From positions 1 to 64,000 of the forward strand of contig CAWCUS010000002.1 in the NCBI GenBank assembly GCA_963798845.1: a DNA stretch of 64,000 nt, given 5' to 3'. The notes under the pieces are model-generated. The model saw nothing but the letters and a program-made list of their open reading frames with translations. It was not told the origin of the DNA and did no database searches. This document shows positions 16,993 to 26,754 of this stretch, piece after piece. Every line of letters starts with the position of its first letter. Positions within the stretch are counted from its first letter, which is position 1. Position numbers and translations under genes: made by a program. Source of the DNA: an uncultured Gemmatimonadales bacterium (GTDB taxonomy: Bacteria; Gemmatimonadota; Gemmatimonadetes; Longimicrobiales; RSA9).

Positions 16993-17925
16993 CTACGCTC
17001 GAGCCCGCTCGCGTCCGCGAGCGTGCGCGCGGGCGCCGGTGATGAGGGCCACGCCGCCGACGATGATGGCGGAGGCGAGGAGGACGCGGGCGGTGAGGCG
17101 CTCTCCGGCCAGGAGCCAGCCGAGGAAGACCGCGACGACGGGGTTGACGTAGGCGTAGGTGGAGGCCAGCGCTGGCGGAGTGACGCGGAGCAGCCAGACG
17201 TAGGAGGTGTAGCCGAGGAGGGAGCCGAAGACGACGAGGTAGGCGAGGGCGAGCACGGAGCGGCGGGAGAAGGCTGCGGGGTCGACGCGGCCGAGCTCCC
17301 CGGCGAGGGTGCCGGCGAGCATGAGGAGCGCGCCGCCGGCGAGCATCTGCATACCGGTGGCCAGGAGCGGCGCGGGGAGAGTGGCGGTTCGGGAGTAGAG
17401 GGAGCCGGCGGCCCAGGCCACGGAGGCGAGCACGAGCACGATCCAGCCCACGAGGTGGTTGGGTCCGGTCTGGGGCCCGCCGAGGAGCAGGGCGACGCCG
17501 CCGAGGCCGACCAGGATCCCGAGCCACACGGCGGGCGCTGGCGCCCGCCCGCCGGGCCGGAGCCAGTCGAGGACCACCATCCAGAGGGGGACGGCGGCGA
17601 CGATGAGGGCGGCGGTGCCGGACTCCACCCACTGCTCGGCCCACACCACGCCGCCGTTGCCGCCGAGGAGCATGAGGCCGCCAACGATCGTGGCGGCGCG
17701 CCACTGGCTCGCGCTGGGGCGGGAGAACCCCGCCGCACGGCGCCAGCCGTAGAGGATCGCGCCGGCCACGAGGAAGCGGGTGCCCGCCATGTAGAACGGC
17801 GGGAGGGTCTCGACGGCGAAGCGGATGGCGAGGTAGGTGGATCCCCAGATGACGTAGACGGTGCCCAGGGCCAGCGCGATGCGCGTCGCCGACGCTGTCT
17901 CGGGCGCTCGGGCTGCCGCCGTCAC
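16993..17925 (-). CDS. EamA/DMT transporter (YedA-like)
   Basis: VYVIWGSTYLAIR..LLGGNGGVVWAEQ..STYAYVNPVVAVFLG; start approximate. Confidence 0.9.
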   Translation of the reverse strand: MTAAARAPETASATRIALALGTVYVIWGSTYLAIRFAVETLPPFYMAGTRFLVAGAILYGWRRAAGFSRPSASQWRAATIVGGLMLLGGNGGVVWAEQWVESGTAALIVAAVPLWMVVLDWLRPGGRAPAPAVWLGILVGLGGVALLLGGPQTGPNHLVGWIVLVLASVAWAAGSLYSRTATLPAPLLATGMQMLAGGALLMLAGTLAGELGRVDPAAFSRRSVLALAYLVVFGSLLGYTSYVWLLRVTPPALASTYAYVNPVVAVFLGWLLAGERLTARVLLASAIIVGGVALITGARAHARGRERARA

Positions 17926-18193
17926 GCGCCGGCTCCCGCGCGTGCCATTCGCCAATCGACCATCGCACCTCTCGTTCGGGGCCCATCGGCCGCCAGGGTC
18001 CTGCCCACCCGTGGGCACCCTGGTGTCGAGCGGGGCCCGGTCGCCGGCCGAAGATAGCGCACGCTCTGTACGCCGCCAGCGCGTCGTCGCGCGGGAGCGG
18101 CGCGCCCGGGGGTCTCGCGCGCCGGGGTGGCCGCGGGTGGGGAGTGTACGTTAATGTCTCACCGTCGTTCCCCCGCGACCCGATCCTTGCTGC

Positions 18194-19222
18194 ATGCGTC
18201 TGGAATTCGACATCCTCGAGCTGCGAACCCGCGAGCCGTTCCACATCGCGCGCCCGTCCGACCCGCATGGGCGGCGCAACGTGTGGGTCCGGGTGCGGAC
18301 CGACGAGGGCGAGGAGGGTTGGGGGGAGGCCGCGGCCACGGCGTTCTATGGCGAGACCGCCGGGACAGTGGCGGCCGTGCTCCCGCGCTACGCTCGCGTC
18401 CTCGAGTCCGCGGCGGACCCTTTCTCGCTCGACGCGCTGGAGGCGGCGCTGGAAGCGGCGGTGGGCCGGAACCCGTCGGCGCGGGCGGCCATCTCCGCGG
18501 CGCTCCACGACCTGCTGGGCAAGCGGCTGGGGCAACCCGTGTGGCGGCTGTGGGGGCTGGACCCGGCGGCCGCGCCGCGGTCCTCGTTCACGCTCGCGAT
18601 GGCGGACCCGGAGGAGACGCGTGAGAAGGCGCGTGGAGCGTCGCACCGCCCGGTGCTGAAAGTGAAGGTGGGCCGCGCGGACGACGAAGCCCGCCTGCGC
18701 GCGGTCCGTGAGGAAGCGCCGGACGCGCTGCTGTACGTGGATGCCAACACGGCCTGGACGGCGAAGGAGGCGCTGCGTCGGCTTCCGATGCTGGAAGAGC
18801 TGGGGGTGGCGTTCGTGGAGCAGCCGGTGCACCCGGACGACCGGGAAGGGATGCGCCTGCTGGCGAGGCGGTCGCGGCTGCCGATCGTGGCGGACGAGTC
18901 GTGCGAGAGGGCGGCCGACATTCCCCGCCTGGTGGGGGCGGTCGACGGCATAAACATCAAGCTGGCGAAGGCCGGGTCGCTCCGGGAGGCGATGCGGATG
19001 GTGCACACGGCCAGGAGCCACGGGATGAGCGTGATGCTGGGGTGCATGCTGCAGAGCACGCTCGGGATCGCGGCCGCCGTGCAGCTCGCGCCCCTGATGG
19101 ATTACCTCGACCTGGACGGCGCTCTGCTCCTGCGGGACGATCCGTTCACGGGCCCCGGGATGGAGGAGGACGGCCGGATCCGCTTCAACGAGGCCCCGGG
19201 CCTGGGCGTTAATCGCGCATGA
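18194..19222 (+). CDS. L-Ala-D/L-Glu dipeptide epimerase (enolase superfamily)
   Basis: GWGEA, LKVKVG, YVDAN, EQP, ADES, NIKLAKAG, DLDG. Confidence 0.88.
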   Translation: MRLEFDILELRTREPFHIARPSDPHGRRNVWVRVRTDEGEEGWGEAAATAFYGETAGTVAAVLPRYARVLESAADPFSLDALEAALEAAVGRNPSARAAISAALHDLLGKRLGQPVWRLWGLDPAAAPRSSFTLAMADPEETREKARGASHRPVLKVKVGRADDEARLRAVREEAPDALLYVDANTAWTAKEALRRLPMLEELGVAFVEQPVHPDDREGMRLLARRSRLPIVADESCERAADIPRLVGAVDGINIKLAKAGSLREAMRMVHTARSHGMSVMLGCMLQSTLGIAAAVQLAPLMDYLDLDGALLLRDDPFTGPGMEEDGRIRFNEAPGLGVNRA

Positions 19223-19833
19223 CCGCCGGGCACGTTGAAGGACACGGGGATCGGCCGCGTACCCCGCTATCTCGCCCGGACACCGAGACGGAGCTGATCC
19301 GGAAGTGCCAGGCCGGGCGGAAGGATTTTTACGAGCCGCTGGTGCGGGCGTACGAGGGGGAGGCGCACAGGGTGGCGGTGGCGATCATGGGGGACGTGGA
19401 CGCGGCCCGAGACGCGGTGCAGGAGGCCTTCATCAAGGCGTACCGCGCGCTCGACCGCTTCGAGCTGGGCCGAAGCTTCCGACCCTGGTTCCTCCAGATC
19501 CTGCGCAACCAGTGCCGGGACGCGCTGCGCCGACAGAAGGCGGGGTTCCGCACCGAGCGGATCAGCCCGCTGATGAGCGAGCGGATGCCGTCGCACGCGG
19601 ACACCGAGCGGGCGAGGCGGCAGGCGGAGGCGAAGGAGCTCCTCTGGCAGGGGCTGAGCCGGATCTCGGTGGATCACCGGGAAGTCCTGGTCCTGAAGGA
19701 GCTGGAGGAGTTGAGCTACGTGGAGATCGCCGAAGCGCTCGGAATCCCGGAGGGGACGGTGGCCAGCCGTCTCTTCCACGCGCGTCGAGCCCTGAAGGAA
19801 GCGCTGGACGAGATCGGGGTGGAGTACCCGTGA
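19219..19833 (+). CDS. ECF RNA polymerase sigma factor
   Basis: DAVQEAFIKAY..FRPWFLQILRNQCRD..LSYVEIAEALGIPEGTVASRLFHAR. Confidence 0.92.
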   Translation: MTAGHVEGHGDRPRTPLSRPDTETELIRKCQAGRKDFYEPLVRAYEGEAHRVAVAIMGDVDAARDAVQEAFIKAYRALDRFELGRSFRPWFLQILRNQCRDALRRQKAGFRTERISPLMSERMPSHADTERARRQAEAKELLWQGLSRISVDHREVLVLKELEELSYVEIAEALGIPEGTVASRLFHARRALKEALDEIGVEYP

Positions 19834-20243
19834 TCACGCACGACGAGCTGATGCGCTACCTGGACGGCGAGCTCGCGCCGGAGCGTCGGCGCGCCGTCGA
19901 GGAGGCGCTCGAGACGAGCACGGAGCTGAAGCGGGAGCTCGCGCTGTATCAGCGCATGAAGACGGATCTGGCGGAGCTCGGAGCAGACATGGGAACACAC
20001 AGGACGGTTTGGGACGCGGTGAGCCGGAAGCTCACGCAGCCGGTGGGCTGGATCCTCTTTCTCGCGGGCACCACCGTGTGGCTGGCGTACGCCATCTACC
20101 AGTTCCTCACGGGCGGCGAGGCGCTCTGGGAGAAGCTGGCCACGAGCGCCATCGTGGTGGGGCTCGTCATGCTCGCCCTCAGCGCCGTGATCGACCGGCT
20201 CCGCGACCTGAAGACGGATCCGTACCGGGGGGTGCAGAGATGA
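19830..20243 (+). CDS. Membrane anti-sigma factor
   Basis: ELMRYLDGELAPERRRAVEEAL plus two TM helices; GTGA overlap with sigma. Confidence 0.8.
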   Translation: MITHDELMRYLDGELAPERRRAVEEALETSTELKRELALYQRMKTDLAELGADMGTHRTVWDAVSRKLTQPVGWILFLAGTTVWLAYAIYQFLTGGEALWEKLATSAIVVGLVMLALSAVIDRLRDLKTDPYRGVQR

Positions 20244-20563
20244 TCGTGACCACGACGTCCGAGATCGAGGGGCGGCGGGTGGTGGAGACTCTGGGGCTGG
20301 TGCGCGGCAACACCATCCGGGCGCGTTTCGTGGGCAGCGACATCATGGCCGTGTTCCGTGCACTGGCCGGCGGCGAGATCCGCGAGTACACGAAGATGAT
20401 GGCCGAGTCGCGCGAGCAGGCCATCGACCGGATGATCGAGGAGGCCGACTCCCTTGGCGCCGATGCCGTCATCTGCGCCCGGTTCCAGACTTCCATGATC
20501 ATGAAGGGCGCGGCGGAGATCATGTGCTACGGCACCGCGGTGCGCACGGAAACCACAGCTTAG
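20240..20563 (+). CDS. YbjQ/UPF0145-family protein
   Basis: MIVTTTSEIEG..LGLVRG..GGEIREYT..LGADAV..CYGTAV. Confidence 0.9.
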   Translation: MIVTTTSEIEGRRVVETLGLVRGNTIRARFVGSDIMAVFRALAGGEIREYTKMMAESREQAIDRMIEEADSLGADAVICARFQTSMIMKGAAEIMCYGTAVRTETTA

Positions 20564-20600
20564 CCGCGTCACGCGTTCGTCCCTGCGGAGGGGCGGCCGC

Positions 20601-23366
20601 CTAGCGGCTCCGGCCGGCTCGGGCTGCGGCCTCCGACGCGCCCTCCCTGGCCTCCGCGTCCTCGCTCGGCGCCGCGTCGCCGCCCGGCTCCGCCTGGTCC
20701 GCGGGCAGCGGCACGTCCGGCGCCACCAGCGGGAGAGTGAGGGTGAAGGTGCTGCCGCGCTCGGCGTCGCTGTCGAGCGCCAGCCCGCCTCCGAGCAGCC
20801 TGGCCAGGTGGCGGCTGACCGGCAGCCCGAGCCCGGTCCCACCGGCCCGACGCGTCATGGACTGATCCACCTGCGTGAACGCGTCGAAGACCCGCTCCTG
20901 GTCTTCCGCGGAGATCCCGATCCCGGTATCGGAGACCTGGACTTCCACCCGGTCACCGTCGACGGTGAAGCGGACGGCGATCTCCCCGTCCTCGGTGAAC
21001 TTGATGGCGTTGGAGATGAGGTTGAGCAGGATCTGCCGCACCTTCCCGGCGTCGGTGCTCCCCTCCACCTCCCCCTCCGGGATGTCGACGCGGAACACCA
21101 GCCCCTTGGCCTCGACCTCGCGCTCCATGAGCAGGGCGACGTCGCGGGTCAGCTCGGCCAGGTCCACGCTCTCCCGGAATACTTCCTCCTTCCCGGCCTC
21201 GATGCGCGACAGGCTCAGGATCTGATTGATCAGGTCGCGCAGGTGCGTGGCGGAGGCGCGAATGCGCGAAAGCTGATCCTTCTGTTTCTCGTTCACCGGC
21301 CCCACGATCTCTTCGGACAGGAGCTCCTGATAGCCGATGATGGCGGCGAGGGGGGTCCTGAGCTCGTGGCTCATCATGGCCACGAACTGGCTCTTGGCCT
21401 GGCTCGCCGCCTCCGCCGCCTGTCTGGCCGCGTGCTCGGTCTCGTACAGCCGCGCCCGTTCCAGGGCCTGGACGCACTGGCGCCCGATGGCCAGCAGGAA
21501 CTCCCGGTCCTCCGACGTGAAGTCGCGGGGCGTCGGGTAGGTGAAGCCCAGACCGCCCAGGATGCGATCGCCGGAGCGGAGCGGAACGGCGGAAAGGGCG
21601 CCGACGGTCGTCCGCTCCGCGAGCGTGTCCGCCAGGTCGGGGAACCGTTTCGCCAGCTCCCGGGTGCTCTCGACCAGGACTACCTCTCCCAGCCGGACGG
21701 CCGAGGCGAGCGGGGCGTGCGCGTCGGGGCCGAACACGCGGTAGCGGTCCACGACCTTCTGGGGCACGCCCACGGAGCGGACGATGCGGAATGAGGGCGG
21801 ATCCCCGCTGGCGAGGATGAGGGACCCGCTGTTCGCGTCGAGGGCGGCCATGCCCGCATCGACGATCACGGAAGCCACGGCCTCCGGCGTGACCGCCTCG
21901 GACAGCTCGGCCGTGATGGACTGAAGACGGGTGATCCGCTCCTTCGCCTCCTCCGCTCGCCGTCTGGCCTCGCGCTCCGCGGCGTGGAGCTGGGTGTTCT
22001 CGATGGCGAGGGCGGCGCGGCCGGCGAGCTCCTCGGCCACGATCAGGTCGTCGGTGCCGTAGCTCCGGTCGGACTCCGCGTTCATGAACGTGATGACGCC
22101 GAGGGCGCGGTCGCGCACGCGAATGGGCACGGAGATGTAGGAGCGCAGCCCCAGGTCGCGGATGAGGCGGCGGTGGCTGTCGTCGTGGGCGAGCTCGTCG
22201 AGCAGCGCCGGCGGGATCTCCGGGGCCAGCTCCGGCTTCCCGCTCCGCAGGACCGCGCGGGGCCCGTGCTCGGCATCGGGCTCGGGGGGATAGCGCTCGT
22301 CGATCTGGCGGGCGAGAGCGACGCGGTCGGGGTCGATGTGGGCGACCGCGAGGCGGTCCAGGTCGCCGTCCGGGTTGACCATGTCCACGACGCACCAGTC
22401 GGCGAACGAGGGGACGGCCAGCCAGGCGATGGTGCTGAGGGTCTCCTCGAACTCCAACGACGCGCCGACCAGGGCGCTTGCTTCGGCCAGGAAGCCCATC
22501 CGCTGCGCCGTGCGCTCGGCTTCGGCTCGCGCGATCTGCTCCGCGCTCAGGCGCCGGGTCCTCTCCTCGGCCACCTTCAACTCGGTGATGTCGAGCGCGG
22601 TGCCGTGCAGGCCGACCATCCGGCCCTGTTCGTCCCGGAGCACCTCCCCGCGACCCTGCACCCAGCGCTCGACGCCGTCGGGCGTGACGACCCGGTGCTC
22701 GTGGACGAGGGCTGTGCCCGTGGCGATGGCGTGGTCGACTGCGGCGAGGACGCGATCGCGGTCGTCGGGGTGGATGGCGTCAATGTACCCGGGGTAGTCG
22801 ACCGGGGTGCCCGGCTCGCGACCGTAGATCCGGTACATCTCGTCGGACCAGCGGAGGGCGCCGGTGTGGCGGTTCCACTCCCAGCTTCCGACGTGGGCGA
22901 TCTGCTGGGCCTCGGCGAGCTGCCGCTCGCGGGACCGCAGCTCCTCGAGCGCGCCGCGCAGGTCGGTGAGGTCCGCGGTCACCTTCGCGAAGCCGACGAG
23001 GCGGTCGCCGTCGAACAGGGCGGTGATGACCACGTGGGCCCAGAAGCGGCTTCCATCGCGGCGCAGACGCCAACCCCGCCCCTCGACCCGGCCCGTTCGG
23101 GCGGCTTCCTCGAGCTGTCGCTCCGGCCTGCCGGATGCTCGCTCCGCGTCCGGATAGAACATCCGGTAGTGCTGCCCGATGGCCTGCTCCGGGGTGTAGC
23201 CCTTGAGGCGCTGGGCGCCCGGATTCCAGCTGGAGATCCGTCCCTGTGGGTCCAGCAGGAAGATGGCGTAGTCCTGGACGCTCTCCACCAGCAGGCGGAA
23301 GTAGGCGTCCGGCTGGGCGGCGTGCGGTCTGATCTCCGGCAGCTCGCGCTGCGGATCACGCGCCAT
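20601..23366 (-). CDS. PAS-PAS-GAF-GAF sensor histidine kinase
   Basis: DYAIFLLD..WNPGA, AQQIAHVGSWEW, SHELRTPL, QILLNLISNAIKFT, DTGIGI, GGTGLGL. Confidence 0.92.
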   Translation of the reverse strand: MARDPQRELPEIRPHAAQPDAYFRLLVESVQDYAIFLLDPQGRISSWNPGAQRLKGYTPEQAIGQHYRMFYPDAERASGRPERQLEEAARTGRVEGRGWRLRRDGSRFWAHVVITALFDGDRLVGFAKVTADLTDLRGALEELRSRERQLAEAQQIAHVGSWEWNRHTGALRWSDEMYRIYGREPGTPVDYPGYIDAIHPDDRDRVLAAVDHAIATGTALVHEHRVVTPDGVERWVQGRGEVLRDEQGRMVGLHGTALDITELKVAEERTRRLSAEQIARAEAERTAQRMGFLAEASALVGASLEFEETLSTIAWLAVPSFADWCVVDMVNPDGDLDRLAVAHIDPDRVALARQIDERYPPEPDAEHGPRAVLRSGKPELAPEIPPALLDELAHDDSHRRLIRDLGLRSYISVPIRVRDRALGVITFMNAESDRSYGTDDLIVAEELAGRAALAIENTQLHAAEREARRRAEEAKERITRLQSITAELSEAVTPEAVASVIVDAGMAALDANSGSLILASGDPPSFRIVRSVGVPQKVVDRYRVFGPDAHAPLASAVRLGEVVLVESTRELAKRFPDLADTLAERTTVGALSAVPLRSGDRILGGLGFTYPTPRDFTSEDREFLLAIGRQCVQALERARLYETEHAARQAAEAASQAKSQFVAMMSHELRTPLAAIIGYQELLSEEIVGPVNEKQKDQLSRIRASATHLRDLINQILSLSRIEAGKEEVFRESVDLAELTRDVALLMEREVEAKGLVFRVDIPEGEVEGSTDAGKVRQILLNLISNAIKFTEDGEIAVRFTVDGDRVEVQVSDTGIGISAEDQERVFDAFTQVDQSMTRRAGGTGLGLPVSRHLARLLGGGLALDSDAERGSTFTLTLPLVAPDVPLPADQAEPGGDAAPSEDAEAREGASEAAARAGRSR

Positions 23367-25494
23367 GTCTGGTCATCTCTCCGGCCTCCGGGATCCACAC
23401 CGTGAACGTGCTCCCGACTCCGGGCTCGCTGTCCACTTCGATGCTCCCGCCCAGCAGCCCCAGGAGGCGCTGGTTCACGCTCAGCCCCAGTCCGGTTCCC
23501 CCCACGGTCCGGGTGTTCGGAGACTCCGCTTGCCAGAACGGCTCGAAGATCCGGGTGGTGTCCTCCGGCGCGATGCCGATCCCCGTGTCGCTGACCCGCA
23601 GCTCCACGGCATGGTCGAGCGCGCGCGCCTCCACGGCCACCTCGCCCTCGTGCGTATACTTCACGGCGTTGCTCAGCAGGTTGACCAGGATCTGTCGGAC
23701 CTTCCCGATATCGGTCACGATCTCGGGACCGTGCTCGGGGACGGCGACCCGAAGCTTCAGCCCCTTGTCCCGCGCGTCTGGCTCCAACAAGACTGCCGCT
23801 TCACGCACGACGTCGCCGATATCCGCGCGCGTGGCCCGCACCTCGGTACGCCCCGTCTCCACGCGGGCGTAGGCCAGGATCTCGTCTATGATCTGCGCCA
23901 GATGGCGCGCGCCCACCTTGATCCGCTCCACCTGGTGCAGCTGGGGGTCCGGGAGCGTGCCGCCGACGCCGCTCGCCATGAGGTCGGCGTACCCGGCAAT
24001 GGCGTTCAACGGGGTGCGCAGCTCGTGCGAGACCACGGCCAGGAAGTCGGCCTTGGCGCGGTTCCCCTCCTCCGCCCGACGGTATAGCCGGGCGTTCTCG
24101 ATGGCCAGCGCCGCGCGCCGCGCCAGCTCCTCCGCCAGCTCGATGTCGGAGCGGTCGTGGCGCCGGCCTGAGTGCGTGACCGCGAACGTCATGGTCCCGA
24201 TCGCCGTGTCCCGGCCCAGGAGCGGGACGACCAGCACGGAGCGGATGCCGAGCTCTTCCAGGCGACCGGGGCGCAGCAGCTCCGGTCCCTCGCTGGACGG
24301 CCCGGTCAGCGTGTCCGCGGAACGGACGACAGCGGCCACCAGCCCGGTCTCCGGCGTTCCGGCTTCGGCTTCGAAGCGGGCGGCGGCGTCCCGTTCGGCA
24401 TCGGGAAGCACGCGGGCTACGGTGTCGCCGCCGGGGGCGTCGCGGGAGGTGGTGTGCACGATGCACCAGTCCCCGAGAGTGGGCACGGCGAGAGCGGCCA
24501 CGGTGCGGAGCGTGATGCCGAAATCGAGCGAGCTGGCCAGCACCCGCCCCGCCTCCGAGAGGAAGCGCTGCCCCTCTTCAGCGCGCTTGCGCTCGGTGAT
24601 GTCCGTGGAAACGCCGACCACGCCCACCAGCCGCCCTTCCGCGTCGGTGATGGGGGAATCCGTAAGAAGTACCTGGAACTCACGGCCGTCGCGGCTTTGC
24701 ACGCCGAACTCCCCCGACCAGCTCTCTCCCTCGCGCAGCCTCGCCATGATCGCCTGCGCCTCGCCTCTGGCGTGGGCGGCCGGCGTGACCTCGGCGACGT
24801 CCCGGCCGAGTACCTCGGCCGCCGACCAGCCGAACATGCGCTCGGCGTGAGCGTTCCAGTAGAGGATGCGGCCGGCCAGGTCCGTCGCGATCACCGCTTC
24901 GCCCACCGCGTCCAGGAGCCGCGCCTGGAAGCGGAGCCGACGCTCCTTCTCCCGCAGAGCCGCCTCCGCGCCTCGCCGGAGGAGAAACTCCCCGAGGTGG
25001 GCCGCCATGGCGACCATGGTCTCGAGCAGCTCCGGATCGCGCTCCACACGCTGGCGAGTGAACAGCTGCAGCACTGCGCACCCGCCGCCGTCCAGTGGGA
25101 CCGGGACGGCGAAGGCGCCATGGAGCCCGGCCCCGCGCGCGGGCTCCCTGCGGACCAATCCTCCGTCCTCCAGCACGTCGGGGACCCAGGCCGGGCGGCG
25201 AGAGTCGGTCACCCGGCCGGGCAATCCGGTCCCGGCGGGGAGTGTGAGGGTCTCGCCCGCGTCGACGAACGCGCCCACGTCGGCCAGCGGGTCGCTCCAG
25301 CACGCCGAGCGGCGCAGCGCGCCGGAAGTGTCGGCCGGGACCCAGTACTCCGCCACGGTCCACTCCAGGCCCCCGCCGACGGCGGCGAGGACGTCGTCCA
25401 CAGCCTGCGCGGCCGTGTCGGCGGTCATGAGCGCGCGGGCCACACCGGTCAGTGCGGCCAGGCGGAGCCGTGTCCTGCGCTCCGGATCGGCCAC
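23356..25494 (-). CDS. GAF-PAS-GAF sensor histidine kinase
   Basis: AVIATDLAGRILYWN, SHELRTPLNAI, NLLSNAVKYT, GGTGLGL; GTG start 1 bp after the bcp stop. Confidence 0.9.
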   Translation of the reverse strand: MADPERRTRLRLAALTGVARALMTADTAAQAVDDVLAAVGGGLEWTVAEYWVPADTSGALRRSACWSDPLADVGAFVDAGETLTLPAGTGLPGRVTDSRRPAWVPDVLEDGGLVRREPARGAGLHGAFAVPVPLDGGGCAVLQLFTRQRVERDPELLETMVAMAAHLGEFLLRRGAEAALREKERRLRFQARLLDAVGEAVIATDLAGRILYWNAHAERMFGWSAAEVLGRDVAEVTPAAHARGEAQAIMARLREGESWSGEFGVQSRDGREFQVLLTDSPITDAEGRLVGVVGVSTDITERKRAEEGQRFLSEAGRVLASSLDFGITLRTVAALAVPTLGDWCIVHTTSRDAPGGDTVARVLPDAERDAAARFEAEAGTPETGLVAAVVRSADTLTGPSSEGPELLRPGRLEELGIRSVLVVPLLGRDTAIGTMTFAVTHSGRRHDRSDIELAEELARRAALAIENARLYRRAEEGNRAKADFLAVVSHELRTPLNAIAGYADLMASGVGGTLPDPQLHQVERIKVGARHLAQIIDEILAYARVETGRTEVRATRADIGDVVREAAVLLEPDARDKGLKLRVAVPEHGPEIVTDIGKVRQILVNLLSNAVKYTHEGEVAVEARALDHAVELRVSDTGIGIAPEDTTRIFEPFWQAESPNTRTVGGTGLGLSVNQRLLGLLGGSIEVDSEPGVGSTFTVWIPEAGEMTRHGA

Positions 25495-25495
25495 T

Positions 25496-25966
25496 TCAGG
25501 CGCCGAGGACCTCAAGGACCTGTTCCGCGTGTTTCTTGGGACGGACACGTCGAAACGCCCTGGCGATCCGCCCCTCGTCATCGATGATGAACGTGGAGCG
25601 CTCGATCCCCATGGACTTCCTGCCGTACAGCGATCGCTCCTTCCACACCCCGTACGCTTCCGCCACCGCGTGGTCCGTGTCGGACAGGAGGGTGAACGGC
25701 AGCTTGAATTTGCTGGAGAAGCGCCGGTGGGAGTCCACGTCATCTGGGCTGACGCCGAGCACCACGGCATCGGTGTTCTGGAACTCCGGCCATTCGTTCC
25801 GGATGCCGCACGCCTGCACGGTGCAGCCGGACGTGTCGTCCTTGGGGTAGAAGTAGAGGACCACCCGCTGGCCCCTCAGATCGGACAGCGCGATCTCCAC
25901 CTCCTGCCCGCTCCCCGTGATGCCGCGCAGCGAGAAGTCCGGTGCCCGCTCACCCTGCTCTGGCAT
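25496..25966 (-). CDS. bcp: Thioredoxin-dependent peroxiredoxin (BCP/PrxQ)
   Basis: VVLYFYPKDDTSGCTVQAC..GVSPD..RSTFIID. Confidence 0.93.
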   Translation of the reverse strand: MPEQGERAPDFSLRGITGSGQEVEIALSDLRGQRVVLYFYPKDDTSGCTVQACGIRNEWPEFQNTDAVVLGVSPDDVDSHRRFSSKFKLPFTLLSDTDHAVAEAYGVWKERSLYGRKSMGIERSTFIIDDEGRIARAFRRVRPKKHAEQVLEVLGA

Positions 25967-26151
25967 GCTCCTCCCCCGGTCGCGTCTCTGTGGCGCCTCG
26001 AACCAGTCGAGACGGTGCCATTATCGTGCCAGCTCGCACAAGCCCGCGCACGTGCGGAGGCGAGATCGGCGGTCAGCAGCTTTCGGCACTCCGGCGCCTG
26101 AGCCTACGTTGGGCCGGAGCGCTTTGTGCATCAAGTCCACTCGGAGAATCC

Positions 26152-26754
26152 ATGCCTTCGACCGACGCATTGCTGATCGTGGACGTCCAGAACGATTTCT
26201 GCCCTACGGGCGCGCTCGCGGTGCCGCAGGGGGATCGTGTGGTGCCGGTCCTGAACGAGTATGCGGCGCGGTTCCACGGCCTGGGCCTCCCGGTCTACGC
26301 TTCGCGGGATTGGCACCCCGAGCGGACGCGGCACTTCGCAGCCATGGGCGGGCCGTGGCCACGCCACTGCGTCGCCGGGACGCCGGGCGCGGCGTTCCAC
26401 CCGGAGCTCCGGCTGCCGGAAGGGACGCTCGTGCTGTCGAAGGGCACCGATCCCAACGACGACGGCTACTCGGCCTTCGAGGCCGTGGCGGAGGACGGCC
26501 ACGGGCTCTCGGAGGCGCTGAAGGCGCGCGGAGTCGATCGCCTGTACGTGGGCGGCCTGGCGACGGACTACTGCGTCCGAGCCACGGTGCGGGACGCCGT
26601 AGCGCGCGGCATCCGACCGGTCGTGCTACTGGATGCCGTCCAGGGGATCGACGTGCGGCAGGGGGACGAGGCGAGAGCGCTGGACGAGATGATGCGGGCG
26701 GGTGCGGGAACGGCGACGCTGGCGACGATCGACGAGGATCTGGAGGAGCGGTGA
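26152..26754 (+). CDS. pncA: Nicotinamidase/pyrazinamidase
   Basis: LLIVDVQNDFCP.GAL, DWHP, WPRHCV, YSAF, GLATDYCV. Confidence 0.92.
   Translation: MPSTDALLIVDVQNDFCPTGALAVPQGDRVVPVLNEYAARFHGLGLPVYASRDWHPERTRHFAAMGGPWPRHCVAGTPGAAFHPELRLPEGTLVLSKGTDPNDDGYSAFEAVAEDGHGLSEALKARGVDRLYVGGLATDYCVRATVRDAVARGIRPVVLLDAVQGIDVRQGDEARALDEMMRAGAGTATLATIDEDLEER

Noticed and set aside
15989..19021. 1010-aa minus-strand ORF
   Set aside because: Only the last ~312 aa (FNT transporter) are protein-like; the rest overlaps eamA and the epimerase
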